64,000 bases of DNA from Trichoplax sp. H2 (taxonomy: Eukaryota): contig NOWV01000106.1 in the NCBI GenBank assembly GCA_003344405.1, positions 1-64,000 of the forward strand. The letters are read 5' to 3'. How positions within the stretch are numbered: position 1 is the stretch's first letter; each line of letters starts with the position of its first letter. A program made the position numbers and the translations under genes. The notes beneath the pieces were generated by a model. It was not told the origin of the DNA. It searched no databases and saw nothing but the letters and a program-made list of their open reading frames with translations. Positions 1 through 14,255 of the stretch are shown here, in pieces.

Positions 1-179
1 ATACACATCAATTATTGGAATTAGATAGGCTTTTCTCAAACTAACATCGTAAGATTAGACACTTTTGCAATTTAATTCTATAATAACAGTAGTTCAGTTA
101 AATAAAATAAATAATCTGGTTATGATACCTTAAACTAATTATATAAAATATGTAGTAGCTAGTTTCCTAGTCTACTTAC

Positions 180-2483
180 CAAATTTAGCTCGTTACGAAG
201 CAGCCACATTTTTAACGTAGACTCAGCTTTTTGTATCAATTCGGAGCTATTTTCAATCTTCGCCTTTTTAAATTCTTTTAAAGTAGTTCTCAATCGGTCG
301 ATATCATTCGATTTCATGGCAGACTTGAGTTGACTCGTTAATCTTTCTTCAGCTATTTTCCTAGCTTTCTCTAGAGCAATTCTTTCAGCCTCCAAAGCTG
401 CTTTTTTAGCATCTTCGCTATCTGTATACAAAATGAAAGTAAATTTCAATTTTAGTAAGTTAAGGAATCAATTTATGATGCAAATTCTCAATTTTCTTCA
501 AATATGATAACTGATCTTAAACATCATTACCGGCTTTTAGTGCAGCTTCGGCAGCAATTTCAGCTTCTCTTTTGGCATCTGCTTCTGCATTTGCTGCTAT
601 CTCGGCTAACTTGTTCATTTCCTCAGTATCTAGTGTTTCCATGCTATTTAGGGATTCATTTTTCTGTTGCTCTTCAGCATTATACATTTCCTCTTCAAGT
701 TGCTTCTGGGCCGCTTCTTCTTCTGCCTTCCTCTTTTCATCAGCAATACTTGCAGCTTCTTCTTGCTTTCTTTGTTCCTCAGCTTCTTCTTGCTTTCTTT
801 GTTCCTCAGCAATTCTTTCTGCTTCTTCTCTTTCTTTCTTTTGCTTTTCAGCAATTCTTTCTATTTCTTCTCTTTCTTTTTGTTGCTCTTCAGCAATCCT
901 TTCTGCTTCTTCTCTTTCTTTCCGTTGCTCTTCAGCAATTCTTTCTGCTTCTTCTCTTTCTTTCCGTTGCTCTTCAGCAATTCTTTCCGCTTCTTCTCTT
1001 TCTTTCCTTTGCTCTTCAACAATTCTGTCGGCCTCTTCTTCTGCCTTCTTCTTTGCTTCAGCGATTCTTGCTACCTCTTGTGCCTCTTGTGCCTCTTTTC
1101 TTTTAAGCTCTTCTTCCTTAATTATAGATTCTAGTTCCCTAACCATGTTTTCACTCTCTGAATTGCTTTTTTTATCATTAACTGCTTCCTTAGTGCCATT
1201 ACTAGGTTGATTTTTCTCTCTCTCAGCGTTTTCATCAGATTCAATTTGCTTTAATTCTAACTCTAACACACTTTCCTTTTCTGGATAAATGATACAATCA
1301 ATTCGTTTGAGACGATAAATTAATGATAGATTTTGTGTTCTTTAGTCACTAATAGCTCTTTTGATTAGCTTAATCCTGATTTAGTTGTACTAACGAGAAA
1401 ATTTCGATTACATTTGGAGTATCAATTTAAGATAGTAACATTCTAATGGCATCAATATATCAAATGAGAAAGAAATGAAAGAAAAGAAGTAATGTATAAC
1501 AATCACTTTAGTTCCAATAAGATGAGCTAGCTAAGAGTAACTCGAATTTCCTTTTACTTAACTCACTCTCACAGAATTAATAAACAGAATCTCGGAACAG
1601 TGTCTAGAGAATGCATTTTTAGCTTACTGCCATATAGCTCGAGCATTACGATCATTTCAAGTGTCATTTATTTAACTAATAACTTAATACTACCGAATTA
1701 ATGAAAAATGAGATTCTTAAAACTAGGGCTACGGCACCCTTTTATCACCCGAGTATCGAAGAATCAACAAAATAATGATTCAAGCATGGTGAATAGAGTA
1801 CCATTACTAACTTACTACCTTAGCACTCGTGTAACATTTACATCATAAATATACTTCGTTTAGTCTGACTAAAGCTAAACAGCTGCTTTCTTACAAAGAA
1901 TGACGACTATAGTGTTTAGCTTATTTTTGTAGATAGAAACAATTTAGTAAACGCTCGTAAAGTTCATAGTAACGAGGAAAATTATACGAAAATCACTTTC
2001 ATCAGTTCATGATTTACCTAAATTTTCTTGTATTTCTTCTTCAATATCTTGTTCTAATTGCTCTAGACTAGGTATATTGCACAAATCAACTTCGATTTCT
2101 TCAAATGCAATCATAGCTTCTGGCACTGGACGATTGGTTAAAAATTTTTTCCACTGCCTGTCATTAAAATAATCTTTATGGACAGCTTTCATTAAGAATT
2201 GTGCTTCTGATATCTCGATTAAGCCCATTTTCCAATTGTCTAACAAAGTAAACTCCCAAACTAGATCTCGTCGTAGGTAGTAACGCCTATCCATCTCGTG
2301 TAAAACATCGAAGAAGGATAATTGACTACATGTATCTTCGCAAGTAATAGTGCGAATAGCTGCTTGAGTTTGACGAAGATTAAGCCCATCTAACCGAATT
2401 CGTTGGTAAATATCTTGCATTTGTGTTGCAGTTATATCGTTATAGGATGTGATACCTAATTCCTTCCATTCTAGGCTATTCAT
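180..2483 (-). CDS. EF-hand-like N-terminal domain plus long E/K/R-rich charged helical repeat protein; 3' part runs off the window
   Basis: Exons 2483-2018, 1280-531 and 421-180 join in frame across GT-AG introns. Exon 1 has a degenerate EF loop (DNWKMGLIEISE). Exon 2 has 14-aa repeats (EEAERIAEEQRKER). Exon 3 ends at a GTAAGT donor with no stop, so the gene continues leftwards. Confidence 0.75.
754..1056 (-). repeat. Coding tandem repeat: about six 42-bp units plus two 27-bp units
   Basis: The + strand unit ttcagcaattctttctgcttcttctctttctttccgttgctc recurs at 42-bp spacing from ~805 to ~1056. agcttcttcttgctttctttgttcctc occurs twice at 754-807. Confidence 0.9.
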
Positions 2484-2749
2484 GATCAGTTCAGTTACTA
2501 TTTGGACAGTAAAAATATTACTTCATTAAAATTAATATCGAAAGGCTATAGACCAAGCCCAAATATCTAGAAATGATGATATTATTTTCTTGATTATTAA
2601 CCTGTTAATATCTGGTAAGAAATTATTCCTATATAGTTAGCACGTTTATCATTGTTGTTGTTATATAACAGAATGTTTTAGTTGAAAGTGAAAGATTTAA
2701 TGGTTGATTTAATGGTATCTTAACACGAATGGCTGTAGAAAACTTAAAG

Positions 2750-3840
2750 AATCCGATTGAATTTACTTTACTAGTACCAGGTAACTACGATACGACTATA
2801 TGATATAGAATCTGTAAAGGAATCCTCTTTAGAGATAATTTTAATTTTCATTGGATGCTTTAATAGTCAATTCCTGCTATTAAATGTATAACATTGTAAA
2901 TACCCTGATTAAAGATGCTAGTGAACACTGCTGAATCTTCGTAACGTAAAACCTGGAATGGAATCTGCTACCGATTTTAAAGATTATGTCATGTCTTATG
3001 AGATGATTTACTAGTGTATTCGCACTAAGGCCTGTATTACTTGTATAAAATCTGATTGAAGATGCTAGTAACTTTGATTAGACGATGTAAAATCTTAGAG
3101 AAACCATTTTAAGAGATATTTACTTGTTCTATTGGATGTTTTAATAGCGTATTCGCACTAATGATTGTATAACATGTACACGGCCTGATTGAAGTTACTT
3201 GTACCTAAAGGACGTATAACTAGATGAGGTTAAACCTAAAAAGAAATCGTTCTTAGGGATAAATTCATCTTTTATTGAACAATTTAAGAGTATATAAGCA
3301 CTATTGGCCGCATAACTCGTAAATGGCCTCGTTCAAGGTACTAATAAATACTGTATAGCTTTATATGGTTTTACGTAATAAAATTAGAAAGGGATCCATT
3401 TTAGAGATAATCCCATCTTTCAAGGATCATTTAACAGTATACAGTATTTACACTAGTGGCTATGCAAATAGCCTGATTGAAAATATTAATAACTACTGTA
3501 TAACTCTATGTAGTAAAATTGGAAAGGATCCATTTAAGAGCTAGTTTTATCTTTTACTAAACGATTTAGCAGTATATCCACGCTAATAGCCGTATACCTA
3601 GCAAATAATGTGATCTAAAATACTAGTAACTACTATATAACTCCATAAATGGGTCGATTTTAAGAGATCATTTCATGTTTTATTGAATGATTTGTTAGTA
3701 GTGGCGATGATCGTATAACAAGCAAAAGAGCTTTATTGAAGATACTAGCAACTACTGAACGACTATGTGGTGCAAAATCCGAAGAGATATTTATTTTTAG
3801 AGACAAATTTACGTTTCTGCAACTAATTTTATAGCGGCCA
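2750..3840. repeat. Degenerate tandem array, ~8 units of ~125-150 bp
   Basis: Anchor CTGATTGAAGATGCTAGT-like at ~2904, 3051, 3184, 3327, 3472, 3609, 3731. Anchor TTTTAAGAGAT-like at ~2828, 2974, 3107, 3250, 3398, 3531, 3658, 3794. Confidence 0.8.
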
Positions 3841-6800
3841 TGATAAATATTGTTGTTCCTTAGTTACTCCTAGTAATAGTACCTTATAAAGTGTCCGATA
3901 ATCTCTCAAGTAATATAATAAATAATAATGATCTTACCGTTCAATATCAGTTAAAAGAGCCGAATGTTTTCAATATATATCGATAGCTTATAGAAATAGA
4001 ACAGCTTTAAGGTTAAGATTGACCAATGAGCCTATATTTTCTTCATCAAAAACCTGTATAAGTAGTAGTTATAGCGATATTAATCGTTCTTAAGTAGGAA
4101 AGAGCAAATAGAAAGGACAACTCAAATTTTTACCCGTATCCTGTATAAAGAAGTGCTTAGATTGAACGATATACAATAATAACTATTGATATTAGGGTGA
4201 TGATGATGAGACCGATATGATAATACAGATTGAAGATTATTGTTAGTTATACAACATCTCTTTTTCAAGTTCACCCTATAAAATGTATATGCGGACGGGA
4301 AAAAATATTATTCTAGTATTGTTTTAATGCTGTTGTTCTAGTTATTATTATCTGCTTCTTTTTATGTCAGTTGTCTCTACAACTGTAATCTTTTTCATCA
4401 GTTTCTATTCTTTGGTGTTAATGAATAGAATCTCCAACAATTTTGATGCTATTTGCATAACAAATAATATAGCATACTTTTGTATAGTTACCATGAAATA
4501 CAGGATACCCACCGTGGAATTGTCTCCGCTTATTTTGACGTATAGGCTGAATTGAATGTCATTTGACTAGGATAATGACTCACTATATGAATGAATATCA
4601 TGTAAAAATAATCTCTCTAGATAAATTGTAAAGTTCCTTATATGAACACTATACTGCTATTGATAGCTTGGAGATAAAATAATAGTATTGTAGAAATACT
4701 TCGTCTCTGTTGTTAGTGAAAGAAGATTCTATTTCAGGGCATTCAAGAAACTATATGTCTAGTAAAGTCGATCGTCAAATCAAATCAATATAGTTGATAG
4801 AATTGTAGAGGTGCCTGTATATTCGATTTTAGTACGGTATACTCTATATCTAGAAGTCGATCGTCATGGAAATGCCGCCGGTATAATAGTATTGAATAAG
4901 TGTTATATAGTTTGACTTTAGCGCCAATTCATAATCAAGGAAAATCGATCCTGAATTAACTTTCGCCTCCGAAATTGCATTGAAAAGAAATTTATATAAT
5001 GCAGTATATCTTTAGCGTACTAATACTCTACTATATAGAAATTAATGTAATTTAGCTATACATCTTGAAAATTCGAGCGTGAATATTGCAGTGTAATAGG
5101 ATTGAATACATGTTGAATAATGCTGATTTGGTAACAACACAGCCGTTATTCAGGAAAGCATAATATAACGTCAAAATAAAAATTTCTATAAGTAGTAGGC
5201 CACGATCTGTAGAGTACAATACTGTAATAGATGTATTTTAAATACATTTTTTGAATTAAATTTAAGATTTACTAGTAAATCGTACCGTATATTACGAAAT
5301 GATCAAATCTCTATGTAAAGCTCTTTGACGATATTATTAGCAACAATGCAAAGAGTATAATCGTATGCGCTAGTGGATGAAGTATTACTGTATATCGAAT
5401 TCAAAGCTCATTTATCGAACAGTACATCAAAAGTGCTCCAGTTCCGATATAAAGTCGATTATAAATGTCTGAATGCAATGATTATATAAAGTACTAGAAG
5501 TAATAAAATTATACATTGATCAGAATAAATTTGAGAAAAGTAATCTATATGCACAATCACCTATACATGTCATAATCTATAGAACTCATGTTAACAAATG
5601 AAAGCTAAGATAGTACCCCGGCTAAACAAAACTTGACAAGCCTTCTTTGTTGCTGTATTATTGATTATTTATTCTGATTACATCTCATGCTGTTGAAGTT
5701 ATACTGTACAATGTACATATGAGTGCACCTATCTTTCAAAGCTAATGGTTATTAAATTCAGTCTTACTTATAAAAGCTATTAGGATTGAGTTAGCTTTGA
5801 GCTTTAATCAATGAATTGTTCTTTAGAACGTTAGAGTGATTTTGAAATATAGTCATATAAAATTAACTCTTAAATTTTAGTAATCGCATTGCTCTCCTCA
5901 TAATTAGAATACGGCAGCTTAGCGAATCATTTGACCAAACATAATTGAATAACTTGCGTAATAGATGAGAACGAATACTGAGCTGATGTGTTATATATAT
6001 TTTAATCAGACGTCAAATTATGTAGTAGGCATACAGAGTATAATCCTGTATTGTATGAAAATAACAATTCATGCAATGATTCAGCGACCCATTTCGTCTC
6101 CCGAGCCCCACTACAGCATGCAATCATAAGGAAATATGAGAGCTAGTGCCTTTTAGACAAATCGTTACCTCAGAGTTTGATTTTGACATTATATATTGCA
6201 ATGTATTAATGCCTATTTAAAACGCTCAACAAACAATAGGAAAACAAATGTAGTAAATGCGATAGTTCTTTCGCGTAAAGTACCAAACTAGCTATTTTTA
6301 GCACATACATACCGATAAAGTACTGTATCGCTTATTATATTGTACAAATTACTGATAATTGCTATCGAAGCGTGTAAAAGATTATAAAGCTATCTAAGGA
6401 TATTACAGGTAATTTTACATGAAATATCAGTATTACGATTATAAATTAGTGGTAATTAATGACTATTAACTTTATAATCAGTACATTAGAGGAACACCAA
6501 GTCTGAACTGTTTAAAATTACTTGCATTTAAAGATGCATATACCTGACAATCTTGTCAGTAATTACAACTTTATACGGTATTATATTTCATCCATGTAAC
6601 TTTTATGAATTACTAATTGCGTAACAGACAACATACTAAGAAAGACTAGCCCTGAACTATTTACAGTCATTAAGAGCTGAGGCTAATAAATTATCAGCAC
6701 CGATTCACAGATGTGTACACGGCTAACCTTAGATCGATAAGCATGTTGGCTCATATCGTCATTTATTTGCGTACACCTCCATTACTATAATTTCAATAAT

Positions 6801-7396
6801 TAGACTGCTAAATAGAAAATAGTAGTTATATAACGAGATTTGATATCTTGTTATAATACAAGGTTTTGATTAGCTACACACGTATAACTTCGAGAAAAGA
6901 AATCAGAGTCTATGGTAGTCCAAGAATTGTATTAGTGAAGAGGACACCATTCAAAGCTGAAGAATAAATCTGAAGGAGTCATTTTTGAGAGCTCATTCAA
7001 ATACTGAATGAAGAACTCACCGTAAATGCCACGTAGAGCAAAATAAGCTTTCATAGTAAGCCTTTATAAGATTTACATATAAAACTGGCCGTCACAATAT
7101 CAAATGATTTTAGTTAGATTCGAAGTATTTGTTAATAAAACTCAAATAGGTGAGAAGTGATACTAGCATAATTTTTAATTTATAGCTTGAATTAATATAT
7201 GTCAATCATTTTTAATATCAATTGAACCACCATTAGCGACGCTTAAATTTAAGCCAAATAACGATGCCTTGGTGTAATCATTGTGCTTTTAGCTAGCAAT
7301 AGCATGCTATTACTTTACGAAGTACTATATATATTTTATACATTAAATTCATATAATATATATTACCGATAACATCCATGTTATAATTCATCTTTT

Positions 7397-10300
7397 CTAT
7401 GCCCAAACCTATTGAAATATTAATTTACATGGTAATAATATTTAATATCCGCTAGAAAATGTAAATTATGGCAAAACCTTTTAAATCAAGAACAAAAATC
7501 TTTAAACTTACTTTTACTGTCTGATCCCAACTTCCACTAGCTAAGCCGAAGCCATCTGGAGACATTTTAAGACAACTTACGCGACTTTCATGCCCATAAA
7601 GGGTAGAAACTCTTTCCATCTAATGAAAAAATATAAAAATATTAATAATTACTATCAAATTGAAACTACATTTAGTAATAATATGATATACTCGCATCTT
7701 ACCTTTAGCGTATCCCAAGCATGTATATTAAAATCATAATATCCAGCAAGCAACAATCGGCCTATCCAAGACGCATGTAAAAATCAATAAGTTAGCTCTT
7801 AATTATTCATTACTTCGCCATTTCCGAATCGCTTGTAAATATTATTTGTAATAATGATTTCTAAGATCAACTCAACTACCACAGATCATGATTGAATGCG
7901 TAATGTTAAATCTATAATATTAAAATTTAGGTAATCATTGCTATCACTTAAAACCGTAGTAGACGATCACTACCTCAAAGTGAGTATGTTGGAGCTATTT
8001 TTGTTAGTAAAATCTCAAGCAGCATAAATTATTATGAAGCAATTGAATCTACCATATACAGTCTGTTTTTCACTATGATAGACTATCTATAGTGCATACT
8101 TCTTACCGCTTTTAGTAAAATCGAGACTAGATACACCAAAGATAATCGAATCTCTTTTGTAGATGCTTATTCCTTGCATAGCTCGTAAATCGAATAGACG
8201 ACACTTATGCAATACCGCAAATGATAATTATTTTAGTACCATATTCACTTTTCACAACATTATTTATTTTATAAAACCAATAAACTTACAGTGCCATCAT
8301 CAGAAGCAGATCCGATTACATCTCCAGTAGGAAAAAATCTATGATTAAAGAGATTAGAGATTAAGTTATGACCTGATAATTGTTCATACTACGATCTATT
8401 GTCTACTAGGTAGGCATAGGAAGTAAATCAAAATTGATATGCAACTCTGCAATGTGAGAGCCCTATTTAACCTATTCTATAAATCTAAATAAATGCAACT
8501 TTATGATACTACTATAGACATTCAGAATATTTAAGCATACATATGCCATCTGTAATATGTATGGCTCGGATTGATCTAATCATGACATCATAATACTGAA
8601 ATGTATCCTTTAGCCTTACTTGACACAGTTAACGCTGGCTTTATGATCTTCAAAGGAATGAGTGCATTGACCTTGTCTTAAATCCCAAATTTTAACAATA
8701 TTATCGCATGATCCGGAAGCTATTAAGTTTGCTGGAAATGTTGGACATAAATCAAGACTAAGAACATCTGCTTTATGACCATGGAAGGTGTAAATCATTT
8801 GAGATGTTTCCACATCCCATAAGGCACAAGTAGTATCTCCTGATGCTGTTAATAGCTGAGGAATCATTCAACAATAGATAGAATTAGATAGCTAACATTT
8901 TTAATTTACAGACTAGTTATTCTAACACTCCATCACAAACGTACTACTGAAAAAAATTAACGCAAAGATTGATGGAGAGCACGCAATTTCTGTAGCTCAA
9001 GACGTGATAAGATATACAGATCGATTTCTTACACATGAGTAACATACCTGACAATCGGAATAGATAAATTTACAATCGGAAATATAGCTTGTATGTGTTG
9101 CTATAGTTCGTTTCGTACTAGCTATATCTTCAAGATCTTGTATATCGTAGATAGAGCATTTATTGTCCACCCCACTGTGATAGATTGGAATAAATTTAAT
9201 ATCACTTCAATACAATATTTTTATCGTGATTATGACAGATTCAAACTATAATGGTAATGATTAATGACATGTATTGCCACACTCGTGAACATTTGCATTC
9301 ATACTGAGTTAAAAACTACCGGTAGTTATGTTTACTTAATCTTACGAAATAAAATAACGCATTATATTTACCCGCAAGCGATATAGGAACCTACGGAGTC
9401 AATACTACACGCCATCGTCCAAGGAGTACTTTGAGGAATAACGATGTCCTTGAATGTTAATTTATACTTTTAATCAATACGATAGTCACTTTCCATCAAG
9501 GTTACTACAAGGCAATAATATAGGGTAACAATCCGCGGTGCAGGTATACGTTTGAAGTAAAATACATTTTGGATTGCATGTACAATAATAGAATAAGACT
9601 TACGTACTTTTTGTGATGAAAATGCATCCCACATTATTACTTCGCCATCCTATGATATCAATACAAATGACGTATTAAAAGCACTCTCAGTTTTATATAT
9701 AGGTCAATTTCATAAATGAAATATAATAACAACTAAAAGCAACTGTTCCTACATCTATCAGGCAAAGTATAAAAATACTGAGAAATATTCCATGATAATT
9801 ATGAAAATAAATTATTGAGGACGTTATCATCATATCTGTTATAGTGTATTGATTAGGAAATATAACATTATACAGTTCCAGCACGTTCGAGATCATAAAT
9901 GTTTGTAAAAATATAGGAAACTAAACTTGTTACTAAAATTGTAGATTGCCCCATGTTCTATGATAAAATAGAGGCTGTCATATCCATGACTAATTTGCAT
10001 GAGTGAAAAACTCAGTCATTTTTAAATATGTCTTTAAAGATATTGGCATAAGCTACAGATAAAGGAATAAAAGTTTATAATGCTGTCTGCTCTATGTATG
10101 TATTCTTCAATGACACCTGTAAGATTGCCATTTAAATCATATAAACTAATTACCTCGAATATTAAAAAGATTACTGCGAATTTTGTGTCTATTTCACCTG
10201 TGAAGAGCTTATAAGTTTCTGGCCATTCTTTGTCCAGTCTAAGCGTAATATTTTACCTTGGTGGCCTTTCAAGCTTCTTCTGATTTTATATGATAATTGA

Positions 10301-10560
10301 TCAAAGTGTAATATTGTAGCGGAAGAATCTCGTACTGCCGATTTGATAAAAATAAAGATAATATTAACAATTTAACTTCATTTTATGACCATGTAACACT
10401 TATAAAATTCTACGATCGAAAATTTTAATCATTCAATCTGGTTACATGTAGCATCACAATTTTTTTCACGACGCTTCCGTAATTTTTTCTTTAAGCTCTC
10501 AACTTCTTTCTCTAATTCGGTTAAGCTTTTCTCTTTATCACCATTCGCAGCCATTTTCAT
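7397..10560 (-). CDS. GNB5: Heterotrimeric G-protein beta-5-like subunit (WD40 propeller), 11 coding exons
   Basis: The spliced translation has an N-terminal coiled coil followed by [81 protein letters not shown] and [12 protein letters not shown]. The SSSQ, DVLSLDL, SIIFG and VWA features match the beta-5 branch. Confidence 0.9.
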
Positions 10561-12159
10561 TCCTTAACTTGGGTGGAATCAGTTTTAATATTTTCATATA
10601 ATAGCAGGTCTATGAAATTATCGACTATGACAAAGAATTAATGTTTTCGAACACCATCTGTTCTAATTAATTATTAGCATATTGCCACAATTTACTTAAT
10701 CATTGTTTATACGGAATTCATTTAAATATATCACACTATGGAAATGCACACTGTTACTAAATAGTTTCTTAAATTTTTATTTTTACTTCGTATTTGAATG
10801 CTCTAGCAGAACCTTTTGTGTATGTATATTACTTTAATTAATAAATGTAGCATAATTATATGTGGCTAGTTTTAGTGATACAGTTAAGTCACGTCATCGG
10901 CTTAAACAGAATCTTACATAAATGTACCGGTATGCTGTATGAAGACGCAATCATATTGTCTGTAAACGGGCAATATGGACGTATAGCATATTACGATCAG
11001 ATTTTATATTTCGTTGAAGCAAGTTAGAATCCAACGTATCTATCTTTTTCTTACAGATTTTTGATTGGATAACAAACATGTTTAACTTCTATTCTCATTC
11101 ATAAATAGCTGTGATAGTAAAATATTCTATACTTCTAGATATACGAGCATTAAAATTGGATCATTGCAACAACGATATTATTATCGTAATTGGTGGTATT
11201 TCTATAGCCAATAATGCCCAATGGCTAGATTTCTATTCTTACGATTTGTTATGACAGTTATTAGTGTTAGTATAGCACTCATTTGAATCGATTTGGTACA
11301 CCTTTGACATGCGGAAAAGTGATGGCATAATCAAATTAATATCGTGAGAACTATATTTACTTTTCTAAGTCCGGATTTATAGCTAATACTGTTAAACTGT
11401 AGTGCAGGAACTGTCATTACTATCACTGCTAAAACTTAAAGCATTCGTATTATAACTTTATATTTGCTTAATTATATTCACAATGAATTTTTCTGATTTA
11501 GGGTGCTAGTGTAATACAATAACAAGATTGCAAATACGTACACGGAATGATATACAAGGGTAGTCTTTCAACTTTGATATTGAATGTTGATTTATACTTT
11601 TATGATTTATTATATATAATTAGTCGTTTTAACTTGCTAAAAATATGAGTTAAATAGTTATTATATGAGTTTTGAGTAGTTAAATGCGTTAAGTGATTTC
11701 GTGATTCTTTTATAATAAAATGATTTTGATAGCTTAATATATGTAAAATTTCAGAAATAAATCCATAAATATAATTCTTTTCATCAGTCATTATTTATAG
11801 CAGCTAAGATTTAGATTATTAAAGCCGACATCCAGATATGATAGAATCTGAAGTTTAAGCTGTATTATGTTAGCCTTTAAGCAAAAATGTATAATATCGG
11901 TTGAACAGAAATAGTTTTTAAAAATCATTATGTAGATAAATTTTATAATCAGCTATATGCATACTTATTAATATACTGACTCTAGGAAAATATGAAATAG
12001 CGTGAATCAAAGTACAGTAGCGAACATGTGATCATAGCATTGATTTTCGGGAAATAATCTGAATTTAATGTTCGTAATTATATAACGTTTGTCATATTCT
12101 TCTTCAAAATAAATTATGCATCTCTTGTAACTCTTTCGTTGAGTCGACTAAAAACAAGA

Positions 12160-14255
12160 TCATAAAATAACACAACTACGAGAATGATTGATATTTCTCG
12201 ATTTCATCAATGATTTGCGCGATTTATCATCATTAACAGTATTATTTCTAAGTAGCCTCTCTTGTGAATCGGTATGTTTGCTTTGATCCACTGCAATTTT
12301 TTCCGGTTTTAAATTTTGATATTGTGTACCCATAGCCAAATTCATTCTCTCAACTCTTGCTATGTGATGATGAATCTCTCTCGGTTGTAAATACGATCCT
12401 GACATATCTAGGTTAGCCACCTTTGCATTGCTTTCATTGTCAGGATTATTCATGTGAGCTTCACTAGATGATGAAGCTTTCGTCATTTGAAAGTGGCGTA
12501 AAGTTTGGTACGTATGATCGAGAGTTGCTGGTGACTGGCTTTGACTTGGAATGGACAATTCGGACATTACTTTACTTTCGTCAAGTTTCATGTTGGCCAC
12601 GTTGTCTTTGTAAATTTTCCATGCAACTTTTCGTTCAATAGAATCCGTTAACTTATTTGTTATCCTTTCAAAGGTATCATTATTCCATCTTTTACATATC
12701 GTTAACATTTTCATTGCTAATTTATAATGAAGTAAGGCCTCTTCGAATTTTCCTTGGCGATGAGCAATATCCCCAAGCCCTTCATTAGCTTCCATCTCAC
12801 TGATGTTATCATGAGCGTTAGTAGCAGCGTGACATGCTTTAGCATAATACTGAGAGCTTAGTTCTGTTTTATCCAACATGCCATATGCATAAGCAATGTT
12901 GCAGAATGCCTTAGATTGAGACGACTTGTCCTTAAGATCATCTAAAAAGTTAGCAAGATGTACAATCAACTCAATTGAAGATTTGTTAAGACAACTAAGA
13001 TAGTCTTGTTATTGATAAAAGTACGATACGAAAACAAAAATACCGTTTACAACATTAGCCGATAATAACTTTATTTAGATCAGTAACAATTTATAAATAC
13101 TTTACCGAATAAATTTATAGCTTTATGATGATAAGCTATCGCTTCTGAGTATTTGCCCATTTGATTAAGTACTGCACCAAGCCCTTGATAAATAGATGCG
13201 CCAAGGAACTTTTCTTCCTTTTTATTAACTATGAGGTGTTCTATTGCTAGTTCAAAACAGTCGATGGCGTCGTTAAACATTGATATTTGGTTATAAATCA
13301 GACCCGCATTGTAATAGATTTGACCTATTTTTGTTTATAAAAAAAAGTAAATTTAAGAGTGTGATGGCATGACTATAATCGCATTTGACAGATTTCCATC
13401 GATGTTACTGTATTTATAATATCAGTGCGGTAATTTTCGATAATATACTAGTTGATACTTGATGGCTAGCGTAAAAGGATATGTAGGGATTATATGTTTA
13501 TTGTATGGCTTAAAGCATTCAGTTTATCTAACTGCATATCTTAAACAAAACGCATTATCGTGCTACCAGCTGTTAAACTTACATAAAATATCTTCTTCTT
13601 GTATTTTTTGACAACGAGTTCGAATATCATTCAAAATTGCAAGACATTTCTTTAGTTGGCCTGAATTACCTAATAGAGATGCCATTTCGGCCAATATAAG
13701 AGTTTCATTTGATGGATCATCTATTCGTCTAAAAATATCACGAGAATTCTTATAACAAGTTAAAGCCTGATTAAAATTATCAGACTTTGTCCAGCAATAT
13801 CCAAGTTTCGATAAAACAATCGCCTGCATATCGAGCTTTTTTATTTCTCTATATCCGCAAAGTGCTAGATCAAAATACATTATTGCTTCTGAAAATAAAT
13901 TTAGGGAAAGTTTGCTTAAGCCAATATTATAGTAAATTTCGAAGGTCAGCTCATCTTCCGTAGCCTTTTCTTCTGGTATGGCTTCCTTAAAGCGTTTTAA
14001 TGCCTCCTTATGTCGACCTTGCCTCGCATAACAAATTCCAGCTAAAAGTAAGCATTGATATTTTAATTTAATGTAAGTAACCTCTAGATTATCTGCCTTA
14101 TCTATTGCTTCTTCAAATATTTCGATCGCTTTTTCAATGTTATCTTTTTTTAAATATTTTGATGCTCTGCGATATAAATTTACTACTTCCTTACGCTGTA
14201 CCAATGCTGAATCGATTTTTATGTTCGCATTGCTAGTCTTGTTATCGAACTTCAT
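12160..14255 (-). CDS. TPR-repeat protein, TTC24-like, with C-terminal CaaX (CVIL)
   Basis: Exons 14255-13583, 13324-13106 and 12941-12160 join in frame. Multiple TPR motifs are present (e.g. YYNIGLSKLSLNLFSEAIMYFDLAL, YQGLGAVLNQMGKYSEAIAYHHKAI). A low-complexity tail ends SRSCVIL*. Confidence 0.8.

Noticed and set aside
504..1210. Long + strand ORFs (504-1106, 572-1210, 667-1134)
   Set aside because: Antisense shadows of the stop-poor E/K/R repeat exon on the minus strand.
2750..3840. CRISPR-like reading of the two tandem arrays
   Set aside because: Eukaryotic context, degenerate units with homologous rather than unique spacers, and no cas genes.
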